This document shows, in pieces, positions 26,972-37,001 of a stretch of 41,746 bases of DNA. Below the pieces are notes generated by a model that saw only the letters and a program-made list of their open reading frames with translations, was not told the origin of the DNA and searched no databases. The DNA lies in sequence record SRR31156797_786. The stretch is one strand, 5' to 3'. Within the stretch, counting starts at the first letter, position 1; every line of letters begins with the position of its first letter. Position numbers and translations under genes: made by a program.

Positions 26972-27454
26972 TTACTCTGATGTTGTCTGGAGCCATGTAT
27001 TCATCATGGTTTCTCGAAATTCCGCATGTTTTTTAAAGCCGTTCATACCCTTTTCCATTTTCTCTTTCATGAGCTGCCGCTGCTCCTCAGTCAAGACCGC
27101 CCTGATCTGATTTGCAATTTTGGCTTTTGTGACCATGCCGTCTTCCATCAGCGCGGTTGCCTGTTGGAAGGCCGCCCGGACATTCTCTTCATTGAACGTC
27201 TCGGCCTTTAAAACCGGCGCCAGGATGTCTCTCACCTCTTCACGTTTTTGCCTTGCGGTCTCCCGCTCGGTTTTTGTTGCCGCCATGATCTCGGCGATCT
27301 GTGCTTTTTGCGCGTCGGTTAAATTAAGTTCCATCAAGGCGCGCAAAGGGCCCGGTCCCGGACCCATGCCAAACATTTGGGCCATGACGGCCGTACCCCC
27401 TGCCAGGACCATGACCATGGCAATCACCATTATTAGAACTTTTTGTTTTTTCAT
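26972..27454 (-). CDS. Spy/CpxP family periplasmic chaperone
   Basis: Signal peptide; two LTxxQ motifs (LNLTDAQK, VLTEEQR); AGAGGAG RBS. Confidence 0.9.
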   Translation of the reverse strand: MKKQKVLIMVIAMVMVLAGGTAVMAQMFGMGPGPGPLRALMELNLTDAQKAQIAEIMAATKTERETARQKREEVRDILAPVLKAETFNEENVRAAFQQATALMEDGMVTKAKIANQIRAVLTEEQRQLMKEKMEKGMNGFKKHAEFRETMMNTWLQTTSE

Positions 27455-27737
27455 CGTCTTTCTCCTCTTAATTGCATCAATAAAATTCTTATCATATCTT
27501 CTTCATCCGTCGCCATAAGAAGGCCACGCGGCCGCATTCGTTTGGCTTTTTGGGTGGGCGCCCTGTTTACCTGTTACATCGCCAGGTGCCTTAAAAAGGT
27601 TACGGTTTTTCTTTTCAAACAGCCTCCTCCCGCAGCTTTTAGGAATGTCCGGCTCTTTTTATGTGATTCCTCAATGAATATGGTAGGTTTTTATCGGGTG
27701 CCGGGCGGGGAGGGCTCTCTATGATCCGTAATATATG

Positions 27738-27857
27738 CCGCTCAGGTCGGCTTCAATATCATTTATCAAGGACCTGGCCTCAGGGAGCGGGTCCGCGCCG
27801 GCATTTCACCGGCTTCCCTCATTTAGGCCCCATGGGGGGCGCCGAACATCTGAACGG
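27738..27857 (-). ncRNA. Atypical or degenerate cobalamin-riboswitch-like element
   Basis: Minus strand reads CCGTTCAG...GGCGCCCC..GGGGC.AAATGAGGGAAGCCGGTGAAATGCCGGCGCGGACCCGC...GACCTGAGCGG. The closing helix CCGTTCAG/CTGAGCGG can pair. The 3' half departs from the canonical CTGT...AGCCAGAAGACCTG. Confidence 0.65.
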
Positions 27858-27957
27858 GAGGCCTCTCTACCATGGGAAGAATAATCGTCAATGGATTTTC
27901 CCTAAAGCCCTTATTGAGGAAGCCCTTTCCCAATTGCCTCACTTAGGTTCCTCTCCC

Positions 27958-28773
27958 TTATGGTGGACACCCTTCAATGGCATCGATGAGGGCCCGCATA
28001 TGTCCCTTTTCCGCCTGGGCGATGGACAGGAAAATTTCCGAGCCCTCGGATTCGGACAATTGATGGGCAAGGTTGCGATACAAATCATAGGCGGTGTATT
28101 CAATTTTTAAGGCCATTTCCAGCATGCGAAGGCAAGTTTGCTCTTCCTCCCATGCCAATTGCGCCATGGCATCATTCAGAGGCAATCCGCCTTCCAGCAC
28201 TTCCCCGTCAAGTTCCTCGAATAGCTTTTCAAAGGGCGCCAGTTGGGTATCCCTCCGTTCCCAGGCCCCATGGACGGTTTTAGCGTGGGCTATTTCAGCC
28301 CCGGCCAGGCGCCCGAACACCTCCGACCATGGTGGGTCCGGGTAAGTGTCATTGATGTGGGTATAAAAACGGAATGCCCCCTTTTCCAGATTCATGGCCG
28401 TCCTGAACATTTCCAGGGGTCCTTGTCCCTCAAAGAGTTTTACATTGGGTTGATGGGAAACCGTGGCCCGATCCCAGGCCATGATGCCTCCGCTCAAGTT
28501 GTAAATGTCTCCCGCTCCCTGAATTTCCTCTTCGGCCATGGAAGCCGCGGCCAGGGATCTGCCGCCCACATGACAATAAAATATCAGCGTCTTGTCCGAT
28601 GGCAGGGAGTCCACGGTTTGAACCAGTTCGGGCAGGGGTATCAACCGAGCGCCGGGAATATGAAATTCCTCGTACTCACCCGGTTGGCGGACATCCAGGA
28701 GCAGATAGCTTTTTTCATGATGCTGCTGGATGAATTGACGGAGTTGCGTAGGCGTCAGATCTTTGATGGCCAT
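27958..28773 (-). CDS. Rhodanese domain + ferritin-like (rubrerythrin-type) fusion protein
   Basis: LLDVRQPGEY...HIPGA, YCHVGGRS, LSGGIMAW; then AMNLEKGAFRFY...EIAH and ALKIEYTAYDLY...EKGH. Confidence 0.9.
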   Translation of the reverse strand: MAIKDLTPTQLRQFIQQHHEKSYLLLDVRQPGEYEEFHIPGARLIPLPELVQTVDSLPSDKTLIFYCHVGGRSLAAASMAEEEIQGAGDIYNLSGGIMAWDRATVSHQPNVKLFEGQGPLEMFRTAMNLEKGAFRFYTHINDTYPDPPWSEVFGRLAGAEIAHAKTVHGAWERRDTQLAPFEKLFEELDGEVLEGGLPLNDAMAQLAWEEEQTCLRMLEMALKIEYTAYDLYRNLAHQLSESEGSEIFLSIAQAEKGHMRALIDAIEGCPP

Positions 28774-28858
28774 GTGAACCTCCCGGGTTTAAGATTTTAG
28801 GTGTTTCTTTGGTCTGACCAGGACCCCGTCAGGTCTTTCCAGCCCTGTGCCGACACCC

Positions 28859-31800
28859 TTACAGATAGTTGAGCGCCACAAGGCTTCCCCCGCCGCCCAG
28901 GAAGAGGGCAACGGCGCGAACACAGGGTTGTTCAAAGAAAGGGCAAAATGCCCCTTTGCGCATTGATTCGATGGCATGGTGCATCATTTTCATCTGTTGG
29001 GATATCGCCTCCTTGTTGGGCGCTTGCAGGTTCATCTGTATTTCCCACAGTTTGTTCAATACGGTTTCCCTCGCCTTTTGCGCGGTATTTCGGAGATTTA
29101 CCGCGCAATAGACCGAGAAGGAGAGGCCCAGCATAATGACGATGAGCAATCCCAAGGGCATATCCCACCTGTCGAAGTAGCGAAGGCGGGAAGCGCCCAG
29201 GATAAGGATCACTATGAATGGGTAGTATACGAACCGGCCCGCGGTTTCGGAAATCTTTACGATCACCTGGATATCGATCCATTCGTTCAGGTAATAGGCA
29301 TCCATGTTCAATTTCTTTGAGATATTACGTGTCGCCTCCTTCGGCCAGATATTATCTAGCTGTGAGAGACGGCGGATCAGCCCGCTACTCGTAATGGTGA
29401 GATCGACAACCCAGAACAGCAACAATATAAAGAACGGGATCGATGAAAAAATCGCAATCGTGTCAACCCAGGAACTGACAATGCCGCGATATGGTACAAA
29501 CGGTTTTCCGAACATATGGATCATAAAGTAACACATGAAAAAATAAATGAAGCCAAGAGGAAGTATCCTAATAAGGCGCCTTTTCCAGGTTGTGCATTTT
29601 TTATACTCATTCCAAACAGACCATGCGGTTTTTGTCCCATCGGCTCCCCCTCTTGCTGCCGTATCCCTTTTCACACATGCAAAATGGTTTGATATCGGGT
29701 TGAAAAACCGATCGGATAATTCTTTGTCGCATATGCGGGCCCTTATGGAACCGGTGATTAGAAAATATAGTGAAAGGCCCCAGGCCAGGAACCTCAAAAA
29801 CTCGGAAGGCCAGATACTGATACCTTCAAAGAAAGCAAAGGGCTCGCCCGCATCAAACTGGGGTCTCAAGAACTCAGGCAGCCAGATGCTTTTACCTTCT
29901 GGGGCGTACGGATCAAATGGGGGGGCGATGATTATTTTCATCACGGCCACGAGCAGAATCAGAAACAGAATCAAAAAACAGGGCGACAGCCGATACATTT
30001 TGTTTGCTTCTATCCCTTTGACGTTCTCCCTTTTCCAAAATCCATAATAAAGCATGAGAGAGAAAATGGCGAAGCATAAGGCTGTCCCAACACACCACCG
30101 CATATATTTGGAATGCATCCAGACATTCCCATACCCCGGGGGAATGGGATGAATACTGTTGCAGGAATCGGCAAATTTTTCACAAAAAAAGCTCGCATCT
30201 TTATGTTGTCCATCCTTACACCCGAGGGCAAATGCACCGCTTCGACCCACTTCGAAGATTCTGGGGGAACCCAGCCACTTGTTCTCCTCCAAAGAGGTCA
30301 GTTTACAGCCGCCCAGCGCTATTTTGGTGCTCAAAAAAAGAGACGTCTGATAGTTGTCCCGAAAGGGGGGAATATTCTTTTGCAGGTTTTTGTTTAACCT
30401 CAGACCGAAGTTGGAGGCAATGATGAGATTTTGAGTCCACAACAATTCATCGGGGTGCAACAACCTGGCATCAATGTCCGTGGTGAAAAAGATGACATCG
30501 GGGAACAACTTGTGCATGGCCTGGAGCACAAGCAGCTTGTCATAAACGTCGCTGCCGAGTACGCCGATGGCCTGAATCCCTCGTCCTCCAATATCCTTTG
30601 ATATTTCTTCATCTAATTCCTTTAGCCTGAAGGCCAAGCGACGCAGATAATCGAATTGACTTCGACCTGCGGGCCGTTCGATATCCTCCTTTTCCGAAGC
30701 TGTCTCTTTTTTGTTCGAAGCGCCGGTTATGGCGGCTTTTACTTTGGTTTTCCCCGGAACCTGACCATCGATCCCCCGCATGTAGCTGAATTTATGAATA
30801 TATTCGATTTTATCCGTTTTCAAACCGTTCTTTTCCACTATTTCCGCTATACTTCTTATAAAAGCTTCGGGTAAGTTGCGCCCATAAACAGTGTCCCATT
30901 CTGAAATGAGCGCCATGTGAACTCTTTTCTCATCAATTTTTTTGGGTATCATCCCCTCGATTCGAAGGCCTAACTCTTTTACCAGTAAATCGGTAAGGAA
31001 TTTATCGGGACCGATGGTACGGAAAAACCTCAGCCCTTTTTTGCCGTTTATGACGCACTTTCCTTCAATCACCGCAGCCAAATCGTTGGGCGCCTCTTTT
31101 TTTCCTTTTTCTCCGGGTATCAGTTTTTCCAGGTCGACGGTGGCGGCCCATGAGAAAATCTGAACGTTTTTAAGATTCTCTTTATGTTTCCAATCCAGCT
31201 TTTCCTTTCGGATCATGCCCTTGAGGTTTGTGGAATCGGCCGGTCCTAGTATGCGGTATTCCAGTTGCGGGGTATTTTTATGGTTTTCCTTCGATTGGAT
31301 TTTAACCGCCTCGTTTAGCATACCTGTAAAATCGCCCAATTTCCGGAGAGGACTCCCTGAGAACCTGTGGTCATTGAGCCACAACACAAGAACCGGTTGT
31401 GAAGGCTTTTCCGATTCAAACCATTCGTAGGGCACAAGATCCATAACCCATGATTCATGCTCTTCCGGTTTGAAAAACCCGTAGAAGGAAGGTGCCATGA
31501 GGTATGATTCATAGGGGTAAGCAGGGAGTTCTAAATTCTCTAAATATCCGATATGCTCCGATTCCTCGGGAACATAAAAATGTTCGCCCAGGGCCGATAG
31601 AACGGCATACCGAAACCTTATCCGGCTCTCAACATCCTCCGCATAGGGCCCGCCGCTCACCATAACGCCCAAAACCACTATCTTTTCCTTCTCTTTATGG
31701 ATGATTTGATTTGCAAGATCGGTGATGTTATGATCTTCAGGATCAGGCGTCATGTCACCCTTATGGGTCATGACGGCGGAGAAGGGATCCTGCCAGAGTC

Positions 31801-31972
31801 TCGATTGAACATCCTCTCCCACATGTAGGGCGGATCTGATTTTTTCGGGGTTTTGGGGTCTCGATGCCTTGAATGGCACTTGAGGGATAACGAGGATGCC
31901 GAGAATTAGAGCGATAACCGCCAAAGCCCCCGATATGGGTATTCCCGATATGCTTTTTTCGTCATTTCCCAT
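28859..31972 (-). CDS. Large uncharacterised membrane protein (N-terminal TM, about 590-aa extracytoplasmic region, multi-TM C-terminus)
   Basis: 1037-aa uninterrupted ORF; hydrophobic segments at the N-terminus and across the last 400 aa or so. Confidence 0.85.
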   Translation of the reverse strand: MGNDEKSISGIPISGALAVIALILGILVIPQVPFKASRPQNPEKIRSALHVGEDVQSRLWQDPFSAVMTHKGDMTPDPEDHNITDLANQIIHKEKEKIVVLGVMVSGGPYAEDVESRIRFRYAVLSALGEHFYVPEESEHIGYLENLELPAYPYESYLMAPSFYGFFKPEEHESWVMDLVPYEWFESEKPSQPVLVLWLNDHRFSGSPLRKLGDFTGMLNEAVKIQSKENHKNTPQLEYRILGPADSTNLKGMIRKEKLDWKHKENLKNVQIFSWAATVDLEKLIPGEKGKKEAPNDLAAVIEGKCVINGKKGLRFFRTIGPDKFLTDLLVKELGLRIEGMIPKKIDEKRVHMALISEWDTVYGRNLPEAFIRSIAEIVEKNGLKTDKIEYIHKFSYMRGIDGQVPGKTKVKAAITGASNKKETASEKEDIERPAGRSQFDYLRRLAFRLKELDEEISKDIGGRGIQAIGVLGSDVYDKLLVLQAMHKLFPDVIFFTTDIDARLLHPDELLWTQNLIIASNFGLRLNKNLQKNIPPFRDNYQTSLFLSTKIALGGCKLTSLEENKWLGSPRIFEVGRSGAFALGCKDGQHKDASFFCEKFADSCNSIHPIPPGYGNVWMHSKYMRWCVGTALCFAIFSLMLYYGFWKRENVKGIEANKMYRLSPCFLILFLILLVAVMKIIIAPPFDPYAPEGKSIWLPEFLRPQFDAGEPFAFFEGISIWPSEFLRFLAWGLSLYFLITGSIRARICDKELSDRFFNPISNHFACVKRDTAARGGADGTKTAWSVWNEYKKCTTWKRRLIRILPLGFIYFFMCYFMIHMFGKPFVPYRGIVSSWVDTIAIFSSIPFFILLLFWVVDLTITSSGLIRRLSQLDNIWPKEATRNISKKLNMDAYYLNEWIDIQVIVKISETAGRFVYYPFIVILILGASRLRYFDRWDMPLGLLIVIMLGLSFSVYCAVNLRNTAQKARETVLNKLWEIQMNLQAPNKEAISQQMKMMHHAIESMRKGAFCPFFEQPCVRAVALFLGGGGSLVALNYL

Positions 31973-32030
31973 GGCAGCCCCAACGCGCTATGATGGTGCC
32001 TCCCTGCCGTGAATTGTTGGAAGCAATCGG

Positions 32031-32981
32031 TCAATCCCGCACCTCAAATGAGGCCCCGTCCCGTTGCAGGCTGTCAACCACCTTTAAGGCCCTGATCAAT
32101 CGTCCGGAGTATTCGTCCACATTGCCGGGACCATTGTACCTTCTTGTAAATGCCCGCCAGTCCGACCTTTCGATAAACCGCAACAGGTTGTTGGCCCGAA
32201 CAAACCCGAAAAAACCGGCCACCTGTTCCTCGCAAGATCGCTGAAAGGCCAAAACCATTTCCCGCTGGCTCGGATGAATGGTTACTTCCCAATTAAATCC
32301 CATGAGTTGGGGCAAACCGTAGCTGCACGATGCCAGGGCGGCCTCTTTATTCACCCCATAGGCACGTTCCAGGCTGGCCCATTCTTGTTGTTGTCCGCCC
32401 CGTTTCCATCTGACTTCCCGTCCGGATCGCCGCCGGAAAACATGGGGTTCATAGCGGATGATGATGAGGCCCGTGGCCGGATCATAGGCCCTCCCCGATT
32501 CCACGGAAAACACGGCCAGCGCGCTCCGTGTTGAGATGCCATGGGTTTCGGCTTGTTGGCGGATCGCTTTGCCGTAACGGTTCCATAGACGGCAAATGCG
32601 TCTTTCCTCGGGACTCCTTCCCATGATTTCAGGCCCCGGCGGTTCGCTCACGGGTATTTCGGCGGGCGGAAAAGCCAAATCTTCTCCTATCTGCTTTAGC
32701 ACGTTGGGAACCGGAACGCTGAAGACCTGTCTAAGACGTCTCAAGGTGTCGGGACCCAGCTTGCTGTCCGGCGGGTCAAGCCCCCATCGGTGTTGAAAAT
32801 CCTCGACGGCTTCGGAGAAGGCGATCCAGTCGATGACGTTCAGCTCATCTTCGTCAACGATGAAGTCCCGGTCGAGATCGCCCCGGAGAAGGATGGCATA
32901 CCCCTGCCATTCCGCGGGTATATCCATTAGATTCCAGTGTCTTCCGACGGCTCTACGATTGTAGGAGGCTGGAGACGTCAT
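32031..32981 (-). CDS. N-acetylmuramidase (DUF3380-type) with an N-terminal peptidoglycan-binding-like motif
   Basis: AVFSVESG, IRYEPHVF, SYGLPQLMGFN, WRAFTRRYNGPG; AVEDFQ...GL..D..LGPDT; AAGGAG RBS. Confidence 0.88.
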   Translation of the reverse strand: MTSPASYNRRAVGRHWNLMDIPAEWQGYAILLRGDLDRDFIVDEDELNVIDWIAFSEAVEDFQHRWGLDPPDSKLGPDTLRRLRQVFSVPVPNVLKQIGEDLAFPPAEIPVSEPPGPEIMGRSPEERRICRLWNRYGKAIRQQAETHGISTRSALAVFSVESGRAYDPATGLIIIRYEPHVFRRRSGREVRWKRGGQQQEWASLERAYGVNKEAALASCSYGLPQLMGFNWEVTIHPSQREMVLAFQRSCEEQVAGFFGFVRANNLLRFIERSDWRAFTRRYNGPGNVDEYSGRLIRALKVVDSLQRDGASFEVRD

Positions 32982-33248
32982 GGTATCTTCTCCTTTTTAT
33001 ATGGTCAGGGTAATGGGAAAGTTCTTTGGGTATTTTGGGGCTCCAAGCCCTTGAGAAAAATCTTTTCTCCCGGCAGGGGAAACGGCGCCTACAGGGAGGT
33101 GGGGTGACAGGTTTTGAGGGGATATCCCATATGAAAACCTCCAGCGAATGGAGTAGGATTATAAGTCGTATACTAGCTATTTATTCAGTATGATATTTCC
33201 TCCAGGGATAAAGTCAAGAAAAATCAACCGATTCATGGGGGGATTTGA

Positions 33249-34517
33249 TTACCGTACCAGATATTTTTCCAGCGGGGGCATGTCCTCCCTGGCCATTTCC
33301 ACGGTCAGGTGTATGCCGTCGTCTTCGTAGACGGTTTCAAGGACCCTTCCCAGATTGTGGATGTGGTGGATGAGTTTCTGGTCTGACTGGGGGATCAACA
33401 GGGTTATTTTTCCGGAAGGGTGAAGGCGTTCCCCCATTTCCCATAAAAATTTGTCCACATTCCTGCCGGTTGTGGCGGAGATGAATTGTGCATCCGGATG
33501 GGATTTCCGAATGCTTTCGATTTGGGCTTCGGAAACCCTGTCGATTTTGTTGAAGACAAGCATGCCGGGAATATGATCCGCCCCGATGGTTTTGAGGACC
33601 GTTTCCACATCCGCCATATGTTTTTGAAAGGATTCATCCGAGATGTCCGCCACATGCACCAGGAAATCCGCTTCTTCCGCTTCCTTGAGGGTGGCGCGGA
33701 AGCTCGCCACCAGGTGGTGGGGCAGATTTGAGATGAAACCCACCGTATCGGATATGACCGCCTCCTTTCCGTGGCCGAGCTGAAGCGATCTGGAAGTGGA
33801 ATCGAGGGTTGCAAAGAGTTTATCCTCCACCAGGACCCCCGCCCGGGTCAGGCGGTTGAAAAGGGTTGATTTCCCCGCATTGGTGTAACCCACCAGACCG
33901 ATATTCTTGCATCGTTTTTTTCGCAATTTTTTTTGGGTGTCGATCTGCCGGACCAGTTTTGAAAGGACCTTTTCAATCTCATAAACCTCCCGCTGGAGTT
34001 TCTGCCGGTCCATCTCGCTCTGCTTTTCTCCCATTCCCCGAAATGCCACCCTGCCGCCGGTGCTGCTGCCGAACCGCTCCCGGTCCAGGTGCCCCCACAT
34101 GGCTTTTACCCGGGGGAGTTCATATTTCAGTTCGGCCAGTCTCACCTGAAGGCGGGCCTCCCTTGTTCTGGCATGGGCGTGAAAAATTTTCAGGATCACT
34201 TCGGTGCGGTCGATGGCGGGCAGGGAAAAACGTTTTTCAAGATTGCGTGCCTGGCTACCGGTGAGATCATGATCGAAAATAAGAAGGTCAACTTCTCCCC
34301 CTGCTTTTTCAAGGCACGTCTCGATGAATCCTTCGCCGATGAAAGTTCTGGGATGAATTTTCTCTCTTCGCTGGACGAATTTTCCAAGGGTAACGATGTC
34401 CGCCGTATGGGCCAACCGCTCAAGCTCTTCCATGGAAGCGTCTTTAGCGGCCATGTCACCCTTCAGGGGGCAATGTCCCAGAAGGATGGCGCTTGTTTCT
34501 TCAATCCCTTGAGGCAT
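33249..34517 (-). CDS. hflX: GTPase HflX (start uncertain, 34517 or 34544)
   Basis: IDRTEVILKIF..HARTREARLQV, GYTNAGKST, DKLFATLD, DTVGFI, NKID. Confidence 0.95.
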   Translation of the reverse strand: MPQGIEETSAILLGHCPLKGDMAAKDASMEELERLAHTADIVTLGKFVQRREKIHPRTFIGEGFIETCLEKAGGEVDLLIFDHDLTGSQARNLEKRFSLPAIDRTEVILKIFHAHARTREARLQVRLAELKYELPRVKAMWGHLDRERFGSSTGGRVAFRGMGEKQSEMDRQKLQREVYEIEKVLSKLVRQIDTQKKLRKKRCKNIGLVGYTNAGKSTLFNRLTRAGVLVEDKLFATLDSTSRSLQLGHGKEAVISDTVGFISNLPHHLVASFRATLKEAEEADFLVHVADISDESFQKHMADVETVLKTIGADHIPGMLVFNKIDRVSEAQIESIRKSHPDAQFISATTGRNVDKFLWEMGERLHPSGKITLLIPQSDQKLIHHIHNLGRVLETVYEDDGIHLTVEMAREDMPPLEKYLVR

Positions 34518-34546
34518 CAGTAATCCACAATCCGTATCCCACAATT

Positions 34547-36100
34547 CTAAAGAATAAGATCATCCGCCGTCATCTCTTTTGGAATGGGAAGGCCCAGCAG
34601 GTGCAGCACGGTGGGGGCCACATCCGAGAGTTTCCCACGGGGCCGCAGTTTTTTACCCGCGGCGTTTTCCGAGACATAGATCAAATCAACGGGAAAGAGG
34701 GTATGGCTGGTTTTGGGAAGTCCCGTTTCATAGTCCACCATTTGTTCGGAATTTCCATGGTCGGAAGTGATCAGGATGTCCGCTTTCAATTCCAGGAGCC
34801 GTTTAACGATTCTGCCCACACATTCATCCACCACCTCAATACCCTTGACGGCGGCATCCATGACACCCGTGTGCCCCACCATGTCGCCGTTGGCATAGTT
34901 GACCACCATAAAATCGTAAGGATTATCTTTCAGGCGTTTCAGGATTTCTTCGGTCACGGCGTAAGCGTCCATTTCGGGATGATGGGCGAAACTGGAAGGA
35001 TCGAACCGTGACGGAATCTCCACCTGCTCTTCTCCGGCATAGGGCGTTGTTTTCTTGCCGTTGAAAAAACTGGTTACATGGCGAAATTTCTGTGTTTCAG
35101 CGATCCGCAGTTGGGTAAGACCCCCGTTTGCGATCACTTCGCCCAGCAGGTTTTCCATGCCGCCCCCCCGGTCCATGGGCGACATGAGGAAGGCGTTGAA
35201 GTCATCATAGTAGCGCGTGAATCCCGCATAAATAACCTTTGGTCGAACCTTGAGTCTCCCCGGGTAGGACGGGTCTACGAAGGCGCGGGACAGTTGAATG
35301 GCCCGGTCCTGGCGGTAATTGGTGTGCAGGATGGAATCTCCGTTCACAACCCCGTTGTAATCGCCGATGCAGAAGGGAGGGATATACTCGTCTGTCATTT
35401 CGTCTCCGTCGGGGGTTTGCATCTCCCCATAGGATGTGGCCACAGCGCCCTCGGCATTTTCGGCCCTTAGCCCTTCAGCGCAAACAATGCAATGGTAGGC
35501 CTGATCCGTCAGCGCCCATTGTTCGGAGCGGTCCATGCCGTAGTAGCGGCCCATGACGGTTCCGATGCGGCAGCCTCCCACCTTTTCCATTTCAAATCCA
35601 AGGGTTTTCAGGTAGCCCAGGGTGCTGCGGGGCGGTGTATCCCGGCCGTCCAGGAACGGATGGATGATGATTTCGCCTTCAGGGAAGTCCCGTCTGGCCC
35701 TGGCCATGATTTTAAAGAGGTGTTTCTGGTGCGCATGCACCCCTTCATCCTGTAAAAGCCCCAGCAGATGGAGGCGGCTTTTATTCTCGCACCAGTTGGA
35801 GACCAATTTGTGCCATTGTTCGGCTTCAAACAGGAGTCCGCTGCTCAGTTCGTTGTCAATCCGTTTCAATTCCTGAATCACGATGCGCCCTGCGCCCATG
35901 TTGAGATGACCCACTTCGCTGGATCCCTGGTATCCATCGGGCAGCCCCACGGGCTCCCCCGCGCAATCGAGTATGGTCCGGGGATAACGCTTCCTGTAGG
36001 CATCCATATTGGGTGTATGGGCAGCCAGGACCGCATTTCCCTCTTTCCTGTCATTCAAGCCCCATCCGTCGCGGATGATGAGCGCCACCGGTTTCTTCAT
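34547..36100 (-). CDS. gpmI: 2,3-bisphosphoglycerate-independent phosphoglycerate mutase
   Basis: IRDGWG, SEVGHLNMGAGR, DGRDTPP, GRYYGMDR, NGDMVGHTG, TSDHGNSE. Confidence 0.97.
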   Translation of the reverse strand: MKKPVALIIRDGWGLNDRKEGNAVLAAHTPNMDAYRKRYPRTILDCAGEPVGLPDGYQGSSEVGHLNMGAGRIVIQELKRIDNELSSGLLFEAEQWHKLVSNWCENKSRLHLLGLLQDEGVHAHQKHLFKIMARARRDFPEGEIIIHPFLDGRDTPPRSTLGYLKTLGFEMEKVGGCRIGTVMGRYYGMDRSEQWALTDQAYHCIVCAEGLRAENAEGAVATSYGEMQTPDGDEMTDEYIPPFCIGDYNGVVNGDSILHTNYRQDRAIQLSRAFVDPSYPGRLKVRPKVIYAGFTRYYDDFNAFLMSPMDRGGGMENLLGEVIANGGLTQLRIAETQKFRHVTSFFNGKKTTPYAGEEQVEIPSRFDPSSFAHHPEMDAYAVTEEILKRLKDNPYDFMVVNYANGDMVGHTGVMDAAVKGIEVVDECVGRIVKRLLELKADILITSDHGNSEQMVDYETGLPKTSHTLFPVDLIYVSENAAGKKLRPRGKLSDVAPTVLHLLGLPIPKEMTADDLIL

Positions 36101-36155
36101 TTTGGAATTTCCTTATTTGATGATTGTTCACGAATCTTACGGGGAACAGTCCCCC

Positions 36156-36980
36156 CTACGCCCACACCACCCGCGGCGGATTGCGCCGGGGAATGCGCGG
36201 GTATTTGAACCTGGGGTATCCCACCATCATGGCGCCGTAGGCCCGGTGTTGGGAAGGGATGCCCATGGCTTCGAAAAGGGGCGGATAATTGTTGGCAGCC
36301 GTATAGAGATAGCCGCCCCAGCAGGTTCCCAGGCCCATGGTGGGGGCATAGAGATCCAGGTGGCTCAAGGCGAGGGCGCCGTCTTCCGAACCAAAGGGCC
36401 AGTTTTTGTCGCCGTGAACCACGATGACATGGGGCGCGCCCCTGCAGATGCGTTCTTCCCCCTTCTCCCATGCTTCCACAACCCTTGGGAGCTTCATCTG
36501 TTCGGCCATGTCCGGACTCTTTTGGATGATCAGGCGCACCCAGTCCATGACCAGGCCGGCAAAACGTCTCACTTCGGCGGTATCCTCAACCACCAGCCAG
36601 TGCCAGGGTTGCGCGTTCTTGGCCGACGGCGCCCGGCAGGCGATTTCGAGCAATTTTTTCAGCTTGTCATGTTCAACGGGTTTTTTGCGGAATGTGCGGA
36701 TGGAGCGGCGGGAAGCCAGAAACTGTTCGGCCTGGTTTTGGGTGAGAAGCCGTTCCGGATCCAGGGATGAACATTCATCCGGCTTGAGCCACGACAGGCT
36801 GAGGGCGCCTTCGGGGCAGACCGATACGCAATGGCCGCATTGAATGCAATGTTCTTGTGCATCGGGGGCGGGTATGGGGACATCCTTTGGTGATGTCGTC
36901 AGAATAACACTCGACGGGCACTCGGAAACACAAATGCCGTCACGGTTGCATTTGTCGGGGTCTACTGTGAACAGGGGCAT
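36156..36980 (-). CDS. Nitroreductase family protein with N-terminal 4Fe-4S ferredoxin domain
   Basis: CNRDGICVSECP, CIQCGHCVSVCP; RRSIR, APSAKNAQPW, GLGTCW. Confidence 0.93.
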   Translation of the reverse strand: MPLFTVDPDKCNRDGICVSECPSSVILTTSPKDVPIPAPDAQEHCIQCGHCVSVCPEGALSLSWLKPDECSSLDPERLLTQNQAEQFLASRRSIRTFRKKPVEHDKLKKLLEIACRAPSAKNAQPWHWLVVEDTAEVRRFAGLVMDWVRLIIQKSPDMAEQMKLPRVVEAWEKGEERICRGAPHVIVVHGDKNWPFGSEDGALALSHLDLYAPTMGLGTCWGGYLYTAANNYPPLFEAMGIPSQHRAYGAMMVGYPRFKYPRIPRRNPPRVVWA

Positions 36981-37001
36981 GTTTCACTCCAATATCAAAT
37001 T

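Noticed and set aside
27958-28773. Selenocysteine recoding in the redox genes (rhodanese, thioredoxin-like)
   Set aside because: Active-site positions are ordinary Cys codons and there is no in-frame TGA.
32031-32981. Prophage
   Set aside because: No structural, integrase, holin or replication genes nearby.
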